Assembly (NCBI GenBank): GCA_024408565.1
Contig: JAKSUW010000001.1
Span: forward strand, 28,498 to 92,497
Source of the DNA: Bacilli bacterium
GTDB lineage: Bacteria; Bacillota_I; Bacilli_A; RFN20; CAG-826
DNA: 64,000 nucleotides
Direction of reading: 5' to 3'
The position numbers were made by a program, and so were the translations under genes. This document shows, piece by piece, positions 38,752 to 48,889 of the stretch. The notes beneath the pieces were generated by a model. It worked only from the letters and a program-made list of their open reading frames with translations. It ran no database searches and was not told the DNA's origin. Each line of letters starts with the position of its first letter. Within the stretch, counting starts at the first letter, position 1.

Positions 38752-39636
38752 ATGTTTAAAGAGAAAGAAACCTTACTCCAAAATATGGCCTTCATGGCAA
38801 TTATTGCGGCGATTGATATTGTTATGGCTATCTTATCCGCGCTTTTTCCGGTGGCGGGTGTTTTTATCATGATTCTGCTACCGTTTTTTAGTGCGGTTGT
38901 GGCGTTATTATGTAAGTGGCGTTATTACCCTATCTACGCGATTGCTGCGATTGGCGTCTCGTTTATTGCAATGGCCTGGAACGCTAGTTACACGGTCTTT
39001 TATTTACTGCCAAGTTTATTAACGGGCTTTCTTTTTGGTGTTAGTTTTCGTAAGAAAATGCACCCTACCTACGCTTTACTCATGACCTCGATTGTTCAAT
39101 GCGCGATGACATTTGTGTTCATTCCGTTAATTGACTTTCTTTACGAAGTGAACACAATTGAACAATTCCTTTTTTGGTTTAAAGTCAGTGATATTCCATA
39201 CATTCATGAGATTGTTTTGCCATTTGTCTATTTCATTAGTTTAGTGCAAATGGTGTTCTCCTATATCGTCCTTACTAATGAGTTAAAAAAGTTCCATTAT
39301 GAGGAAAATTATTTATGGGAAACGTTCTTACCCACCTTTGGTTTTGTTTTCACTTTATTAGTGATTCCTTGTAGCTTTATTAGCACCGCTTTTGCTTACT
39401 TCTTTATGATGCTTGCTCTTTTTATTGGTGTTCATGAATTAGTCCAGATAATTAGTAAAAAAGAAAAAGTGATCGCGATCATTAGTGGAGCCGGAATCTT
39501 CTTATCCATTGTTTTAGTCTTTTCGCTTTACCAAGTGGTTAAAATGCCCCATACTTTACTTTTATTTAACAGCGCGAATCTTATTATCTTTGTTACGCGC
39601 ATCGTATATAATTTAAGAAGAAAACAAATATGTTAG
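38752..39636 (+). CDS. Polytopic membrane protein of unknown function (about 8 TM). The true start is the ATG at 38752, not the ORF-track start at 38686.
   Basis: Hydrophobic-segment pattern. The ORF-track start at 38686 would lie inside the conserved promoter box. Confidence 0.45.
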   Translation: MFKEKETLLQNMAFMAIIAAIDIVMAILSALFPVAGVFIMILLPFFSAVVALLCKWRYYPIYAIAAIGVSFIAMAWNASYTVFYLLPSLLTGFLFGVSFRKKMHPTYALLMTSIVQCAMTFVFIPLIDFLYEVNTIEQFLFWFKVSDIPYIHEIVLPFVYFISLVQMVFSYIVLTNELKKFHYEENYLWETFLPTFGFVFTLLVIPCSFISTAFAYFFMMLALFIGVHELVQIISKKEKVIAIISGAGIFLSIVLVFSLYQVVKMPHTLLLFNSANLIIFVTRIVYNLRRKQIC

Positions 39637-39959
39637 AGTTTTTAAAACGCTTCGGCCTTGGCATCCTCTACATTATCATTTCCCCTTTTTTAGTCGCCTT
39701 TTTAGCACTATGGCTAGCTTACAACATTATTACTTATTTTATTGAAGTGATAAGAGGCATCAAACATTTCTTTAAGGGCGAAAAATTCTTCGCTCCGTTT
39801 CCTGAAGAAGTACAAGCGAAAGCGATTTTAAATACCTATACCGCAACTGGCGCCACTACTAAAGAAACACCAGCTGAACAAACCGCGCCTGCAGCAACGT
39901 CAACACCAGAAGTAGCGCCAGCGGTAAACCCAACACCAGGAGACAACCAACATGTTTGA
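39630..39959 (+). CDS. Small membrane protein with an Ala/Thr/Pro-rich disordered C-terminal tail.
   Basis: 109 aa, 1-2 TM helices. Overlaps its upstream and downstream neighbours by 7-8 nt, so is likely translationally coupled. Confidence 0.4.
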   Translation: MLEFLKRFGLGILYIIISPFLVAFLALWLAYNIITYFIEVIRGIKHFFKGEKFFAPFPEEVQAKAILNTYTATGATTKETPAEQTAPAATSTPEVAPAVNPTPGDNQHV

Positions 39960-40623
39960 TAGTAAGTTTCCTATACTAACTTTAAGCGAAAACGAAAGAC
40001 GGGTGCTAATCACTTTAGTCGTGTTGATTCTTTTAGTGTTTGTAATTGTTGGTTATATCGGTTTGCTCGTTGAGAAAACTATGAAAAAACAAGGGAAACG
40101 AGCGAGCACGATGATGTATGATGTCGTGACCGCAAAGGTGATCACCACCGAAAAAGGTTTCCGTCGTTTAGGTCACAAAAAGAACAATCAATTATTTGCC
40201 CGCCAAGCGACGCCAGCGTTCTTAATTTTAACGCTCGCGGGTATCATTTACATTATTCATGGAGCAATTAGTAAGCTTTGGCTTTTTAATCTTTTTGATA
40301 AAGACACGGGCTTTGGTAGCATCATGTGGCTTTGGGATTTCGCTCATGTTAAACGAGTTCAGGTTTTTGGGATGTGGATTATTGCTGATTGGCCCCCACT
40401 TTTAAACACACCCCACTTTGTCGCCGCCGCGTGGGCTAGTTATATTATTGTCCCGTGTTTATTTGTTGGTGGTACCTGGTTATTAGTTGCCACTCAAGCT
40501 CACATTGCTCGCGCGTTTAAACTTAGACATTTAGCAAACACCGTGTTTAATCCATCACTAGAAGCACCAGAATTAAACCAAAATAAAAATAATGCCCCAA
40601 CGACACCAACTAAAGGTTCATAA
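39952..40623 (+). CDS. Membrane protein of unknown function (223 aa, about 4 TM).
   Basis: Hydrophobic-segment pattern. Third gene of the overlapping trio. Confidence 0.45.
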   Translation: MFDSKFPILTLSENERRVLITLVVLILLVFVIVGYIGLLVEKTMKKQGKRASTMMYDVVTAKVITTEKGFRRLGHKKNNQLFARQATPAFLILTLAGIIYIIHGAISKLWLFNLFDKDTGFGSIMWLWDFAHVKRVQVFGMWIIADWPPLLNTPHFVAAAWASYIIVPCLFVGGTWLLVATQAHIARAFKLRHLANTVFNPSLEAPELNQNKNNAPTTPTKGS

Positions 40624-40776
40624 AGAGCATAATTAACGCGTAAATTAAATACGCAAAAAGTCCGATATCGATTATTAAGAAAGCGAAAAATAAACGACGA
40701 TGCGAACGTTTGGTAATCAGCGCACGCTTTTCTTCATCAGGTAATAAATTAAAATTCTCTTCGTTTTCCATTGTTA

Positions 40777-42168
40777 TTAATATTTTACACTGCCAGGTGT
40801 CCGCGGGAAGGGTTGCACATCGCGGATATTACCCATTCCAGTGACATACATTAAGAGTCGATCAAAGCCGATGCCAAAGCCAGCGTGTGGACAACCACCG
40901 TATTTCCGTAAATCAAGATACCATTCTAGACCTTTGGTGTTACCAATTTCGTCCATCTTTTTCTTGAGATAGTCATACCGTTCTTCGCGTTGACTACCAC
41001 CAACGAGTTCACCAATTTGGGGCACTAATAAGTCACAAGCGGCAACCGTCTTTTGATCATCGTTAAGCCGCATATAGAACGCTTTAATATCTTTTGGATA
41101 GTTAATGATGAAGACTGGACCTTTCACCACTTGTTCAGTGATATAACGTTCGTGTTCGGTTTGTAAATCCATTCCCCACTTAATATTCTTGTTTTCAAAT
41201 TTATGACCATTCTTCACAGCCTCTTCAAGTAACTTAATCGCATCCGTATAATCTAAGCGTTTAAATTCACTGTTAAGGACATGCTTTAAACGATCTAATA
41301 AAGTCTTATCAATCATGCTGTTAAAGAAGTTCATTTCATCGGGACAATGCTTTAAGACATAATCGATGCAGAATTTTAAAGATGCCTCAATGACTTTCAT
41401 ATCATCGTTTAAATCCGCAAAGGCAATTTCTGGTTCGACCATCCAGAACTCTGAAGCGTGAGTCGTTGTATGACTCTCTTCCGCTCGAAAGGTTGGACCG
41501 AAAGTATAAACATCGCGGAAGGCCATCGCAAAGGTTTCGACGTGGAGTTGACCAGAGACAGTTAAGCACACTGGACGACCAAAGAATTTATCGGGACTTT
41601 TACCAGTATAAACGTTAAATGTTTCACCCGCGCCTTCCGCATCGTTAGCGGTAAAGATTGGTGTATGGACCCACATAAAGCCTTCACCTTGGAAATAAGT
41701 GTGAATCGCCATCGCGAGAGCATTCCGCACCCGGTTCACCGCGTTAAAGGTGTTAGCCCGTGGACGAAGGTGAGCAATGTCTCTTAAGAATTCAAAACTA
41801 TGTCTTTTCTTTTGTAGTGGATAGTCTTCTAAGCATGTGCCAATAGATTTAATTTCTTTCGCCGCGATTTCAAAAGGTTGTTTCGCGTTTGGCGTGAAGA
41901 CAAAATTACCTACCACCGCGATTGCTTCACCGGTAGCGAGTTTACTAATCTTCGCAAAATCTTTGACTTTCGCTTGATCATAAACGATCTGAACATTTTT
42001 AAAACAAGTGCCATCATTAAATTCGATGAAACCAATTGAACCATTGTTGCGATTAGTTCTCACCCAGCCTTCAAGAGCAACTTCTGCTCCGTTAAAACCG
42101 TTTTCGGCGGTCTTAGATTTTTTGTCATACGCAATCGCGTATAACTGACGAACTAAAAATTTATCCAT
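40777..42168 (-). CDS. asnS: Asparagine--tRNA ligase.
   Basis: Class II aaRS motifs and an N-terminal OB fold. 463 aa. …FRAEESHTTTHASEFWMVEPE… is AsnRS-specific. Confidence 0.95.
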   Translation of the reverse strand: MDKFLVRQLYAIAYDKKSKTAENGFNGAEVALEGWVRTNRNNGSIGFIEFNDGTCFKNVQIVYDQAKVKDFAKISKLATGEAIAVVGNFVFTPNAKQPFEIAAKEIKSIGTCLEDYPLQKKRHSFEFLRDIAHLRPRANTFNAVNRVRNALAMAIHTYFQGEGFMWVHTPIFTANDAEGAGETFNVYTGKSPDKFFGRPVCLTVSGQLHVETFAMAFRDVYTFGPTFRAEESHTTTHASEFWMVEPEIAFADLNDDMKVIEASLKFCIDYVLKHCPDEMNFFNSMIDKTLLDRLKHVLNSEFKRLDYTDAIKLLEEAVKNGHKFENKNIKWGMDLQTEHERYITEQVVKGPVFIINYPKDIKAFYMRLNDDQKTVAACDLLVPQIGELVGGSQREERYDYLKKKMDEIGNTKGLEWYLDLRKYGGCPHAGFGIGFDRLLMYVTGMGNIRDVQPFPRTPGSVKY

Positions 42169-42192
42169 AACAAAAAAATTATAGCAATTTTT

Positions 42193-43317
42193 TTAGATTG
42201 TTTTACTTATTTCGCTAAATAACTTAGTAAAAGCGTTCGCAAATTGTTGGTAATTAAATAGCTCTTTAGCCCGTGCCATACCATTCTCCGCATAACGATT
42301 TCTTAATGCCTTATTCGATCTTAAAACATTGATCGCATCACGGAAGGCGGTGACATCTTTATTGGGGCATTCAATCCCGGTTTCTTCGCCCTTAGAAATA
42401 TAGTTCACACCACTTCCAGGGATAGTAAAAGTAATTGGCGATTTACCTAACGCTATCACTTCGATAAGGGTAATCGGGAAAGCTTCGTTTTTGGCAATTG
42501 AAGGGAAAAGATAAAAATCACAAGCGTGGAGATATTTAATATATTGTTCGCGGTCTAATTGGCCAAGATAAATAACATTAGGTCCACCCCGATCAATCGC
42601 GTGTTCAAGATGGCGATTAATTTCGCCTACCCGTCCCACTAAGAAGAGAACATTATCCATATTCTTCACGGCTTTAAGAGCGAGATTTAATCCCTTGGTA
42701 GGGGTATGGCGACCCGAAAAGAATAACAAGGTTTTACCCCGATAACGTTTTTTAATCTTTGCGACTTCTTCTTGCAGTTTTTCGTCTAAAACAAAATCAC
42801 TCTCTTTATAGCAAAGAGGAATAATTTTTATCTTCTCTTTAAAGTGTTGAAGTTCTTTACTACCATCAACGTATTGTTGGGAATGACATAAGATGACATC
42901 CGCCCGACGCTTCGTCCGATATTCAATCGGTTTAACTAAGTGTTTTAAAATCTTTTGCCGCCAGATATCAAGGTGGTGATAAACAATTACTTTGCCACGA
43001 AAATCAATGTGTTGAAAATAAAATTCCACTAAGGGATTAGGCGTATGGATTAAAACAATCTCCGGCGCAAACTTAGCGACTAATTCGCGTAATTTACGGC
43101 GATAGCTAAGCGAAATCGGTTGCGAACGAAATTTAAAAGCGTACGGAACGCGGGTAACGCGAACATCATCAACAATGTGTGGACCATCACCAAAACAAAT
43201 CACACGTTGTTCATATTGACCACTACTTTTAAGTGCGTTCACTATATCGCGAGTCGCAGTTTCAATCCCACCAACGTGTGGATAGTAATAATTAGTGATG
43301 TGTAATACCTTCACCAT
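42193..43317 (-). CDS. Glycosyltransferase family 4.
   Basis: MVKVLHITNYYYPHVGGIE… and a GT4 C-terminal domain. 374 aa. Confidence 0.75.
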   Translation of the reverse strand: MVKVLHITNYYYPHVGGIETATRDIVNALKSSGQYEQRVICFGDGPHIVDDVRVTRVPYAFKFRSQPISLSYRRKLRELVAKFAPEIVLIHTPNPLVEFYFQHIDFRGKVIVYHHLDIWRQKILKHLVKPIEYRTKRRADVILCHSQQYVDGSKELQHFKEKIKIIPLCYKESDFVLDEKLQEEVAKIKKRYRGKTLLFFSGRHTPTKGLNLALKAVKNMDNVLFLVGRVGEINRHLEHAIDRGGPNVIYLGQLDREQYIKYLHACDFYLFPSIAKNEAFPITLIEVIALGKSPITFTIPGSGVNYISKGEETGIECPNKDVTAFRDAINVLRSNKALRNRYAENGMARAKELFNYQQFANAFTKLFSEISKTI

Positions 43318-43322
43318 ACTTA

Positions 43323-44333
43323 TTAAAATACCTTATATTGATCAATTTTCCAATTTGGATCGACCGCGAGAGTAAGCGGAGCGAAAAGTTTCTTTTGATA
43401 TAAATGTTCAGCTAGTTTAGCAATCATGGCGGCATTATCAGTCGTACACCAAATCGGTGGTAAAACTATTTCAATCCCACTCGCTTTTAGGCGTCTTACT
43501 ATCTCTTCGCGTAAATAAGAGTTAGCGGATACTCCACCCGCTAAAACAATTTGTTTAACCTTATATTGCTTAGCGGCTTTAATCGTTTTAGCAATAACCA
43601 TCTCAACCGCGGTATCTTCGAATGAACGGCACATATCTTTGACATTAATCTTATGCTTCTTCATCTTCTCTTGGTTCACTAAATTAATGACTGCTGTCTT
43701 TAAACCTGAATAAGAAAAATCATAACCCTTCTTCGCTAGGGGCGAAGGTAACTGATAAGTATGTTTTCCTTCTTTCGCTAATTTATCGATCGGGATACCA
43801 CCCGGATAAGGTAAGCCTAAGACACGTGCGACTTTATCAAAGCATTCACCAATCGCATCGTCTTTCGTCTCGCCAACAATCTTAAAATCCAAATGTTTCT
43901 TCATATACACAAGTTCCGTATTGCCACCACTTACCACCAGCGAAAGTAGTGGGAATTTGAGTTTCGCGACGTATTCACTCGCGTAAATATGGGCGGCTAA
44001 GTGATGAACGGGAATTAACGGAATATCATAAAGCATCGCGATAGTTTTGGCGGCTTGTAAACCAACATGAAGCGCTCCAATTAGACCTGGGCCACGCGTC
44101 ACCGCAACAGCATCAAGATCAGTTAATTTAATCTTGGCTTCTTTAAGCGCCGCATCTAAGACAATCGTAATGTTTTCGTTATGGAGACGCGAAGCGATTT
44201 CAGGCATTACTCCACCATATAAACGGTGCATTGCGATTTGGGTAGAAACAGCATTACTTAAAAGATGACCATCTTTAATAACGGCAACACTTGTCTCATC
44301 ACAACTACTTTCAATTGCTAAAATTAATGCCAT
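43323..44333 (-). CDS. tsaD: tRNA N6-adenosine threonylcarbamoyltransferase TsaD.
   Basis: MALILAIESSCDETSVAV…, Kae1/Gcp family. 336 aa. Confidence 0.95.
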   Translation of the reverse strand: MALILAIESSCDETSVAVIKDGHLLSNAVSTQIAMHRLYGGVMPEIASRLHNENITIVLDAALKEAKIKLTDLDAVAVTRGPGLIGALHVGLQAAKTIAMLYDIPLIPVHHLAAHIYASEYVAKLKFPLLSLVVSGGNTELVYMKKHLDFKIVGETKDDAIGECFDKVARVLGLPYPGGIPIDKLAKEGKHTYQLPSPLAKKGYDFSYSGLKTAVINLVNQEKMKKHKINVKDMCRSFEDTAVEMVIAKTIKAAKQYKVKQIVLAGGVSANSYLREEIVRRLKASGIEIVLPPIWCTTDNAAMIAKLAEHLYQKKLFAPLTLAVDPNWKIDQYKVF

Positions 44334-44776
44334 TAGAGTAACACCTTCATCATATAAACTGCGTCATCACCATTATGGTAATAACCTTTTTTTACACAAA
44401 CATCTTGATAACCATTCTTCGCGTAAAGAGCGTACGCACCTTTATTCTTCTTTCTTACTTCTAGCGTTACATTCTCAATCACACCATAGCCTGGTTTTAA
44501 TAATTCTTTTTCCATCGCCTTCAATAAATTCGTGGCGATACCTTGTCGTTGATATTCTGGATGCACTGCAATTTGCACAATCGTCGCACTATTAAAAGTC
44601 ACCATATAAATCAAAAACCCACGGATTATCTCTTCTTCATCCACTAAAATCTTTGCGAATGGGTTATCACGATATTCATAGGTTAACTGTTCTAAAGAAT
44701 AATGACCATCGCTAAAAGTCTTGTCTTCAATGGTTGATAATGCCACTAAATCTTCATTCTTCGCCAAGCGAATCAT
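44333..44776 (-). CDS. rimI: Ribosomal-protein-alanine N-acetyltransferase (GNAT).
   Basis: GNAT motif …QRQGIATNLL…. Located between tsaB and tsaD. Confidence 0.8.
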   Translation of the reverse strand: MIRLAKNEDLVALSTIEDKTFSDGHYSLEQLTYEYRDNPFAKILVDEEEIIRGFLIYMVTFNSATIVQIAVHPEYQRQGIATNLLKAMEKELLKPGYGVIENVTLEVRKKNKGAYALYAKNGYQDVCVKKGYYHNGDDAVYMMKVLL

Positions 44777-45366
44777 AGATAAGACTCCTTTAGATACATT
44801 GGCTTTACTTGATTAACATCACGCACCGGTTTAACTGTTTTTAATAATGCGTTCATATTAGCTAAAACATCGACTTGTTCACCAGTTAAATTAAGATACT
44901 TTAAATCACCAACTAGGTGATAATGATAGTGCTTTTTAATAAGTTTTTTAACTTCTTCATTGGGTAATGCTTGTTCTTTTAACAAGGTTTTATTTTTGTT
45001 AAAAATCGCGATATAACTCCGATTACTCCGAGCGTTAAATAAGACAATCGAAGGAGCGTTTAAGACACCATTTACTTTAAGCGTAGAAATAGGATAAAGC
45101 GGAATCTTTAAAGCAAACGCCATAACTTTAGCGATAGTTAAAGCAATCCGTAAACCTGTATAAGAGCCCGGGCCAATCGTAACCATGATACCCGTTAACT
45201 CAGTCGGTTTAAGTTTATTACGCTTCATGAGTTTTTTAATCTCGGGCACCATCGACTCGCTTTGCCGCTGGAAGCATGGATAAGTGATTTGATCAACGAG
45301 TCGCCCTTGTTTAGAAAGGCCAACGTTTAACGTGACAGACGAACTATCGAGCAATAAATAATTCAT
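44773..45366 (-). CDS. tsaB: tRNA threonylcarbamoyladenosine biosynthesis protein TsaB.
   Basis: MNYLLLDSSS…, inactive Kae1-paralog family. 197 aa. Confidence 0.85.
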   Translation of the reverse strand: MNYLLLDSSSVTLNVGLSKQGRLVDQITYPCFQRQSESMVPEIKKLMKRNKLKPTELTGIMVTIGPGSYTGLRIALTIAKVMAFALKIPLYPISTLKVNGVLNAPSIVLFNARSNRSYIAIFNKNKTLLKEQALPNEEVKKLIKKHYHYHLVGDLKYLNLTGEQVDVLANMNALLKTVKPVRDVNQVKPMYLKESYL

Positions 45367-45836
45367 GCTAACTCCTTAAGTTTCTTTTGGTAGTAGCTAT
45401 CTTTAGCTTTTAAAGTAAATGCCCGTTTGGTGCCACCTAAATTTTTAATATCAATTTCTAAATGCGGAATCTTTAGTAAGCCCGCGATAAAGTTTGGCCA
45501 TTCAATAAAAGCAATACCATCACCTTCAATATATTCTTCTAAACCAATGTCCTTGTTACTATCTTCTAAGCGATATGCATCAATATGATAAAGCGGGACT
45601 CGTGCGTCAAAATAACATTTCAAAATATTAAACGTTGGTGAGATGACATCTTCTTTCACTCCTAAGGTATGGAGCACACCACTTACAAATGTTGTCTTGC
45701 CCGCGCCTAGGTCACCAGTCAGAGTCACGACATCATGGGCACATAAAAGCTTCGCGAGTGTTTTCGCTAAGCGTAAAGTGTCCTTTTGATTTCGGCTCAT
45801 GAATTTGTAATTCATAACGCGAAAAGTATAGCACAC
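45363..45836 (-). CDS. tsaE: tRNA threonylcarbamoyladenosine biosynthesis ATPase TsaE.
   Basis: P-loop GDLGAGKTTFV. 157 aa (possibly starting at the internal M at 45800). Confidence 0.85.
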   Translation of the reverse strand: MCYTFRVMNYKFMSRNQKDTLRLAKTLAKLLCAHDVVTLTGDLGAGKTTFVSGVLHTLGVKEDVISPTFNILKCYFDARVPLYHIDAYRLEDSNKDIGLEEYIEGDGIAFIEWPNFIAGLLKIPHLEIDIKNLGGTKRAFTLKAKDSYYQKKLKELA

Positions 45837-45863
45837 TATAACAATTTTGTTATAATACTTGAT

Positions 45864-46757
45864 ATGAAAAAGATTGCCGTTATTGGGGGCGGACCCATCG
45901 GTTTATATTTTGCTAGTTTATGCGAAAAAGCACACCTAGATTACACCGTTTTTGAAGCGAGTGAAAAGGTGGGTGGACAAATCCATTTATACCCCGCCAA
46001 AAAATTCCTCGATGTTGAGGGCTTTATGAACCAGGAAGCGATAAAATTCGTGGAAGCATTAACTTTACAAATTTGTAAAGATAATATTAAGTTAAACACG
46101 AAGGTTAACGATATTAAAGAAAGCGCTGATAAAGTAACCCTCATTACGACCGCTGGTAATTTTGATTTTGACTATGCGGTGATTGCGATTGGTTTAGGTA
46201 GTTATACTCCACGTCCATTAGGAGTGGAACACGAAGCAGAATGCAAGAATATTATTTACACCATTTCTGACTTTAGTTTTTTAGCCAATAAACGGGTGGC
46301 GATCTTTGGCGGTGGCGACTCTGCGCTTGACTGGGCGAAAGAGATTTCGATGCACTCCGATGATGTTCATTTAGTTCACCGTCGGACTGAATTTAGAGGT
46401 AACCCTGACACCATTAAAGATTGTAAGACTTTAAAAGTTCATCTCCCCTATGTTCCTCATCATATTGCTTTAACGGGTGATCATTGTACAAGTATCACCA
46501 TTAAAAATGTGAATAGTGAAGAGATGATTGAAATCCCGGTTGACTATGTGATTGTTAACTATGGCAGCATCCCCACGATGACACCTTTTAATTATCCCCA
46601 CGAAGGCAACTTCCTTAAGGGTAACGAAAAGCACGCGTTAAGCGCGCGTGTCTACGCGATTGGTGATTGCTTAACTTACCAAGATAAAAAACGTCGGATT
46701 GAACCAGGCAAAGCGGAAGCTAATCTTGTCCTCGCGGCTTTAACTCAACTTGCTTAA
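45864..46757 (+). CDS. Thioredoxin-reductase-like ferredoxin--NADP+ reductase (FAD/NAD(P)-binding).
   Basis: MKKIAVIGGGPIGLYFA… FAD-binding GxGxxG, then a second Rossmann motif VAIFGGGDSALD. The true start is the ATG at 45864. Confidence 0.8.
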   Translation: MKKIAVIGGGPIGLYFASLCEKAHLDYTVFEASEKVGGQIHLYPAKKFLDVEGFMNQEAIKFVEALTLQICKDNIKLNTKVNDIKESADKVTLITTAGNFDFDYAVIAIGLGSYTPRPLGVEHEAECKNIIYTISDFSFLANKRVAIFGGGDSALDWAKEISMHSDDVHLVHRRTEFRGNPDTIKDCKTLKVHLPYVPHHIALTGDHCTSITIKNVNSEEMIEIPVDYVIVNYGSIPTMTPFNYPHEGNFLKGNEKHALSARVYAIGDCLTYQDKKRRIEPGKAEANLVLAALTQLA

Positions 46758-47277
46758 TTACATAATTATCGAAATTAGCAATGTATTGATCAATTAATTC
46801 TTTTTGGTATGGTGGTTCGTGATTTTCTAGGCGCGCAAGATTTACTTCTAGAGTGTATTTAAGAATGCTTTTTAAGTCTTCAGAATAACCATACTTGCGG
46901 CAATGCGCATTAAATTCATTAATATCGAGTACTTTATTAAAGCCGCTAGGGAAACTTTTTATATCTAAATCGTAATCAATAAATTTAATCATCCCTTGGT
47001 CAATAATAGCGGGCGAAGCAATATTGACATAAAAGTGAATGCCATCTTCACGTAAAGTGGCAATCGTATTAAACCATTCATTTTTTGCAAAGATAAAAGC
47101 TGCTTTTTCTTTCGTGTGCCACCGGTGTTCATTACTTTCAATCACCCGAGCGCGATTACTCACGACCACAATAAAATCTTCGTCATCACGCACGACAAAA
47201 GCGTGACTCCAAAGCCGGTGGAAGCTCCCATCGTGCTTGTACGCTTGAATCTGAACAAAGCGGTGATAAAGCGACAT
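46720..47277 (-). CDS. DUF402-family protein (nucleoside tri/diphosphatase Ntdp/YgaC-like).
   Basis: 185 aa. …YVNIASPAIIDQGMIKFIDYDLDIK… resembles the DUF402/FomD-like fold. Moderate confidence. Confidence 0.55.
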   Translation of the reverse strand: MSLYHRFVQIQAYKHDGSFHRLWSHAFVVRDDEDFIVVVSNRARVIESNEHRWHTKEKAAFIFAKNEWFNTIATLREDGIHFYVNIASPAIIDQGMIKFIDYDLDIKSFPSGFNKVLDINEFNAHCRKYGYSEDLKSILKYTLEVNLARLENHEPPYQKELIDQYIANFDNYVIKQVELKPRGQD

Positions 47278-47278
47278 A

Positions 47279-48292
47279 TTAATTTAATTCAGCAATAATA
47301 TCCGCGACGATATCCATGTCTTTTTTAAACCGCTCTAAGGGGATTGGATTAAATTTATCTTGGAGGGGTAAAACCATTAAGCAATCATCATAGCCTAACG
47401 CAAAATAAGTATGGCCTTTACAAATAGAGATAGAGCAGTCCACTAAAATGTTATTAGTAATTAAACTTGTGACTAAGTTTCTTACTTTGTTCGTAAAAAC
47501 AGAGCCATAGTTTTTCGCATTTGAATACACCACTAGTTTTTTTGTCGTCACCACTTTTTCGACACCATCAAAGTTATTTGGCGGTAAAGAACGACTATTA
47601 CCTGGTAGATAAATAAAGACTGGATCTTCGCCCGTATACTTATTATCGGCGATTAAATATTTGCCAATAAAAAGTGGCTCTAATTGTTTAAGCGTGGTTT
47701 TTTGTGCGGCTAAATCACAAATCTTCGCGTTCGCGTCTTTCACTTTAAATTTCACCACGTTCCGGCTACCAATCGTGGAAACATCTTTATAAAGTTTCGC
47801 ATTATTAAACTCATCATTATCAATCTTACCCGCGACATCACCATGCACATCAGAGAATTTGGGGTTTGCAAAGACAGAAGCGTTAGTTTCACCATAGAAG
47901 ATTTTTAAATAATTGCCCATCTTCTTATCATTGAACTTTTTACCAATAAAGTAATAGGCAACAATGATGGCCACACAAACGCCGGTTAAGACAAAGCCAA
48001 GCCATTTTAAGAAATCACGTTGGATAAAATAAATCCAAGAGAAAATAAGTAAACCAATCGCTAAAGCGGCCACAATCCATTTCACAATATTCTGTTTCCG
48101 GACAATCTTTAAAAACGCTTTCCGCCCGTCTTCGATTTTCTTTACATGCTCATCGTTATATTCGATGGGCGCTTTTAAATCAACATCATCAGGATTCTTT
48201 TCTTCTTCCACTTTTTTCGCGGTTAAAGGTTGGCCTTTATCATCTACAAAACCCGCGTTTTTATCTTTGTTTTCATTCGCTTGTTTAAACAT
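47279..48292 (-). CDS. Membrane-anchored protein of unknown function (337 aa: acidic N-terminus, 2 TM, large C-terminal domain).
   Basis: Hydropathy pattern. Operonic with the DUF402 gene (2-nt gap). Confidence 0.4.
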   Translation of the reverse strand: MFKQANENKDKNAGFVDDKGQPLTAKKVEEEKNPDDVDLKAPIEYNDEHVKKIEDGRKAFLKIVRKQNIVKWIVAALAIGLLIFSWIYFIQRDFLKWLGFVLTGVCVAIIVAYYFIGKKFNDKKMGNYLKIFYGETNASVFANPKFSDVHGDVAGKIDNDEFNNAKLYKDVSTIGSRNVVKFKVKDANAKICDLAAQKTTLKQLEPLFIGKYLIADNKYTGEDPVFIYLPGNSRSLPPNNFDGVEKVVTTKKLVVYSNAKNYGSVFTNKVRNLVTSLITNNILVDCSISICKGHTYFALGYDDCLMVLPLQDKFNPIPLERFKKDMDIVADIIAELN

Positions 48293-48338
48293 GAGACTAC
48301 CTCGCTATGCGTTTTCTATTTTACCCTAATTACAATAT

Positions 48339-48887
48339 TTATTGTATTTCTTTTATCTTTGGATACTTTTGGTTAATAATTTTTAATGGTTTTAAAAGTA
48401 ATAAAGATATAGTAATCGCAATTGCTCCTGATATAAAAATATACGGGGCGTTATAAATAAGCGCAGGTACAAACGCTAAATCATAAATAAAAATACTTGA
48501 TAAGGTCGAAGCGATGTAGCGGAGTAAAACCGCTAATAAAGAAGTGAGGAATAGATAAACATAACTCATTTTGTTCTCCGCTAAAATCTTTTTATTCATA
48601 AGTGAAATAAAAACGACACCACTATAAGCTAACGCGTAATCAAGTGGATAAGTAATAATGCCGTGTCCACTAGTTAAACAAGCAATAAGACCATAAACCA
48701 CGCTACTAGCGATTAAGCTTTTCCACCAACTATGACGAATCGCAATAATAAATAAAGGAACCATTGTAAAAGAAATCGAACCCGCGTCCGAAGCAATATG
48801 AATTTTAAAGACGGGTAAATTTAAAACAATCGCGATGGCACTGAAGATAGCGATTTCGGTAATATCTCGAATTGTGTATTTATTCAT
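48339..48887 (-). CDS. thiT: ECF transporter S component, thiamine-specific (ThiT-like).
   Basis: ~183 aa 6-TM ECF-S-like protein directly downstream of a TPP riboswitch. The true start MNKYT is at 48887; the ORF-track start at 48905 lies inside the riboswitch. Confidence 0.7.
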   Translation of the reverse strand: MNKYTIRDITEIAIFSAIAIVLNLPVFKIHIASDAGSISFTMVPLFIIAIRHSWWKSLIASSVVYGLIACLTSGHGIITYPLDYALAYSGVVFISLMNKKILAENKMSYVYLFLTSLLAVLLRYIASTLSSIFIYDLAFVPALIYNAPYIFISGAIAITISLLLLKPLKIINQKYPKIKEIQ

Positions 48888-48889
48888 TT

